This document shows, one piece after another, positions 63,183 to 64,000 of a stretch of 64,000 nucleotides of DNA; within the stretch, counting starts at the first letter, position 1; each line of letters starts with the position of its first letter. The stretch lies in NCBI GenBank assembly GCA_043228905.1, contig JBHGNT010000006.1, positions 20,150,001 through 20,214,000 of the forward strand. The letters are read 5' to 3'. The DNA is from Azolla caroliniana. Its lineage: Eukaryota; Plantae; Polypodiophyta. The notes beneath the pieces were generated by a model. It had not been told where the DNA came from and did no database searches. It saw only the letters and a list, made by a program, of their open reading frames with translations. A program made the position numbers and the translations under genes.

Positions 63183-64000
63183 ACCTTCTTTTCAAGTAGC
63201 CTATGGCCAAACACTACATCGTGACTTAACTCCTCCAAAAGAATGTACCCCACATGTATGAGACTTAAGTCATCCCAAAATGGACACAACAATGTGAAGA
63301 CACATCTCCATACTCCATTTTTTTTTGTTATCCTTCTCTACATTTAGCTAATAATTATTGAAAAAAATGGAAACTTCAAGATAAATCCATGAAGGTTATC
63401 CAATAACTCCTCTTGGAATAAAACAAAACAAGTAAATGAGGGACAAATATTTGACAATCCTATTTTCTTTTGTACAAAAGAGACATCATTTAATACTTGA
63501 AAAGGCACCTCCAAGAGAAATCATCCAAAAACGTTGGACGCTACCGTATGGTATTGCCCAAAGGGTTGCAAGTGTAATGAATTACGTAAGTACTTTCGAG
63601 AATTGAATATGAACATAAATTATACAATAGATGTATGAACATTGACAATGTAGGTTAATCATACCATAATGTCAATCATGACTCTCAATTATATCGTTAT
63701 ATACGCAAACCACTCATATCTTGTATTTTTCTTATCAATACAAACATTGAGCTAGAAATATATATGATGCATTTGGGGCACAAGTGCCCCAGGTAATGTA
63801 GATAAGCATGTTGGTGCTGCTTAGGAGCTTAGTACCATTTTCATTCATGCAATGGTAATACAAATATACACAATCCTTGCACACCAAATCCATATAATTG
63901 GTTATAAATGCACATGTCATTGATTAAAAGCACTAAGGTATTGTTTTCAAAGGTGTTGTTTTCAATACCTTTAAATTTTTCCACAAAACATTTGTGATGG

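Overview
Land-plant nuclear DNA, TE-rich; the retroelement types suggest a non-seed plant such as a fern or lycophyte, but that is inference only. It holds three spliced host genes, all on +: a Mei2-like RRM RNA-binding protein (CDS ~30031-33702), a group-I CONSTANS-like B-box/CCT gene (49905-51586) with an in-frame (Gly-Asp)10-Gly-(Gly-His)27 microsatellite expansion, and a TMEM135-like membrane protein (55352-61261). The rest is layered transposon sequence. There is an intact hAT element with TIRs and an 8-bp TSD (3649-6514). A 12-kb three-LTR tandem Ty1/copia with one TSD (8494-20561) sits in a gypsy remnant and itself carries a solo LTR and a hAT MITE. Also present are a 5'-truncated LINE with a solo LTR inside, L1 3' fragments, a gag-only LTR element with a tRNA-Trp PBS, a truncated Tnt1/Tork-like copia, SINE-like heads, and a decayed ORF of unrecognised family (~24.1-27.3 kb). 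Best leads: the His-Gly repeat in the CONSTANS-like protein, the reciprocal-chimera LTR pattern of the tandem copia, and the Trp-primed non-autonomous LTR family.
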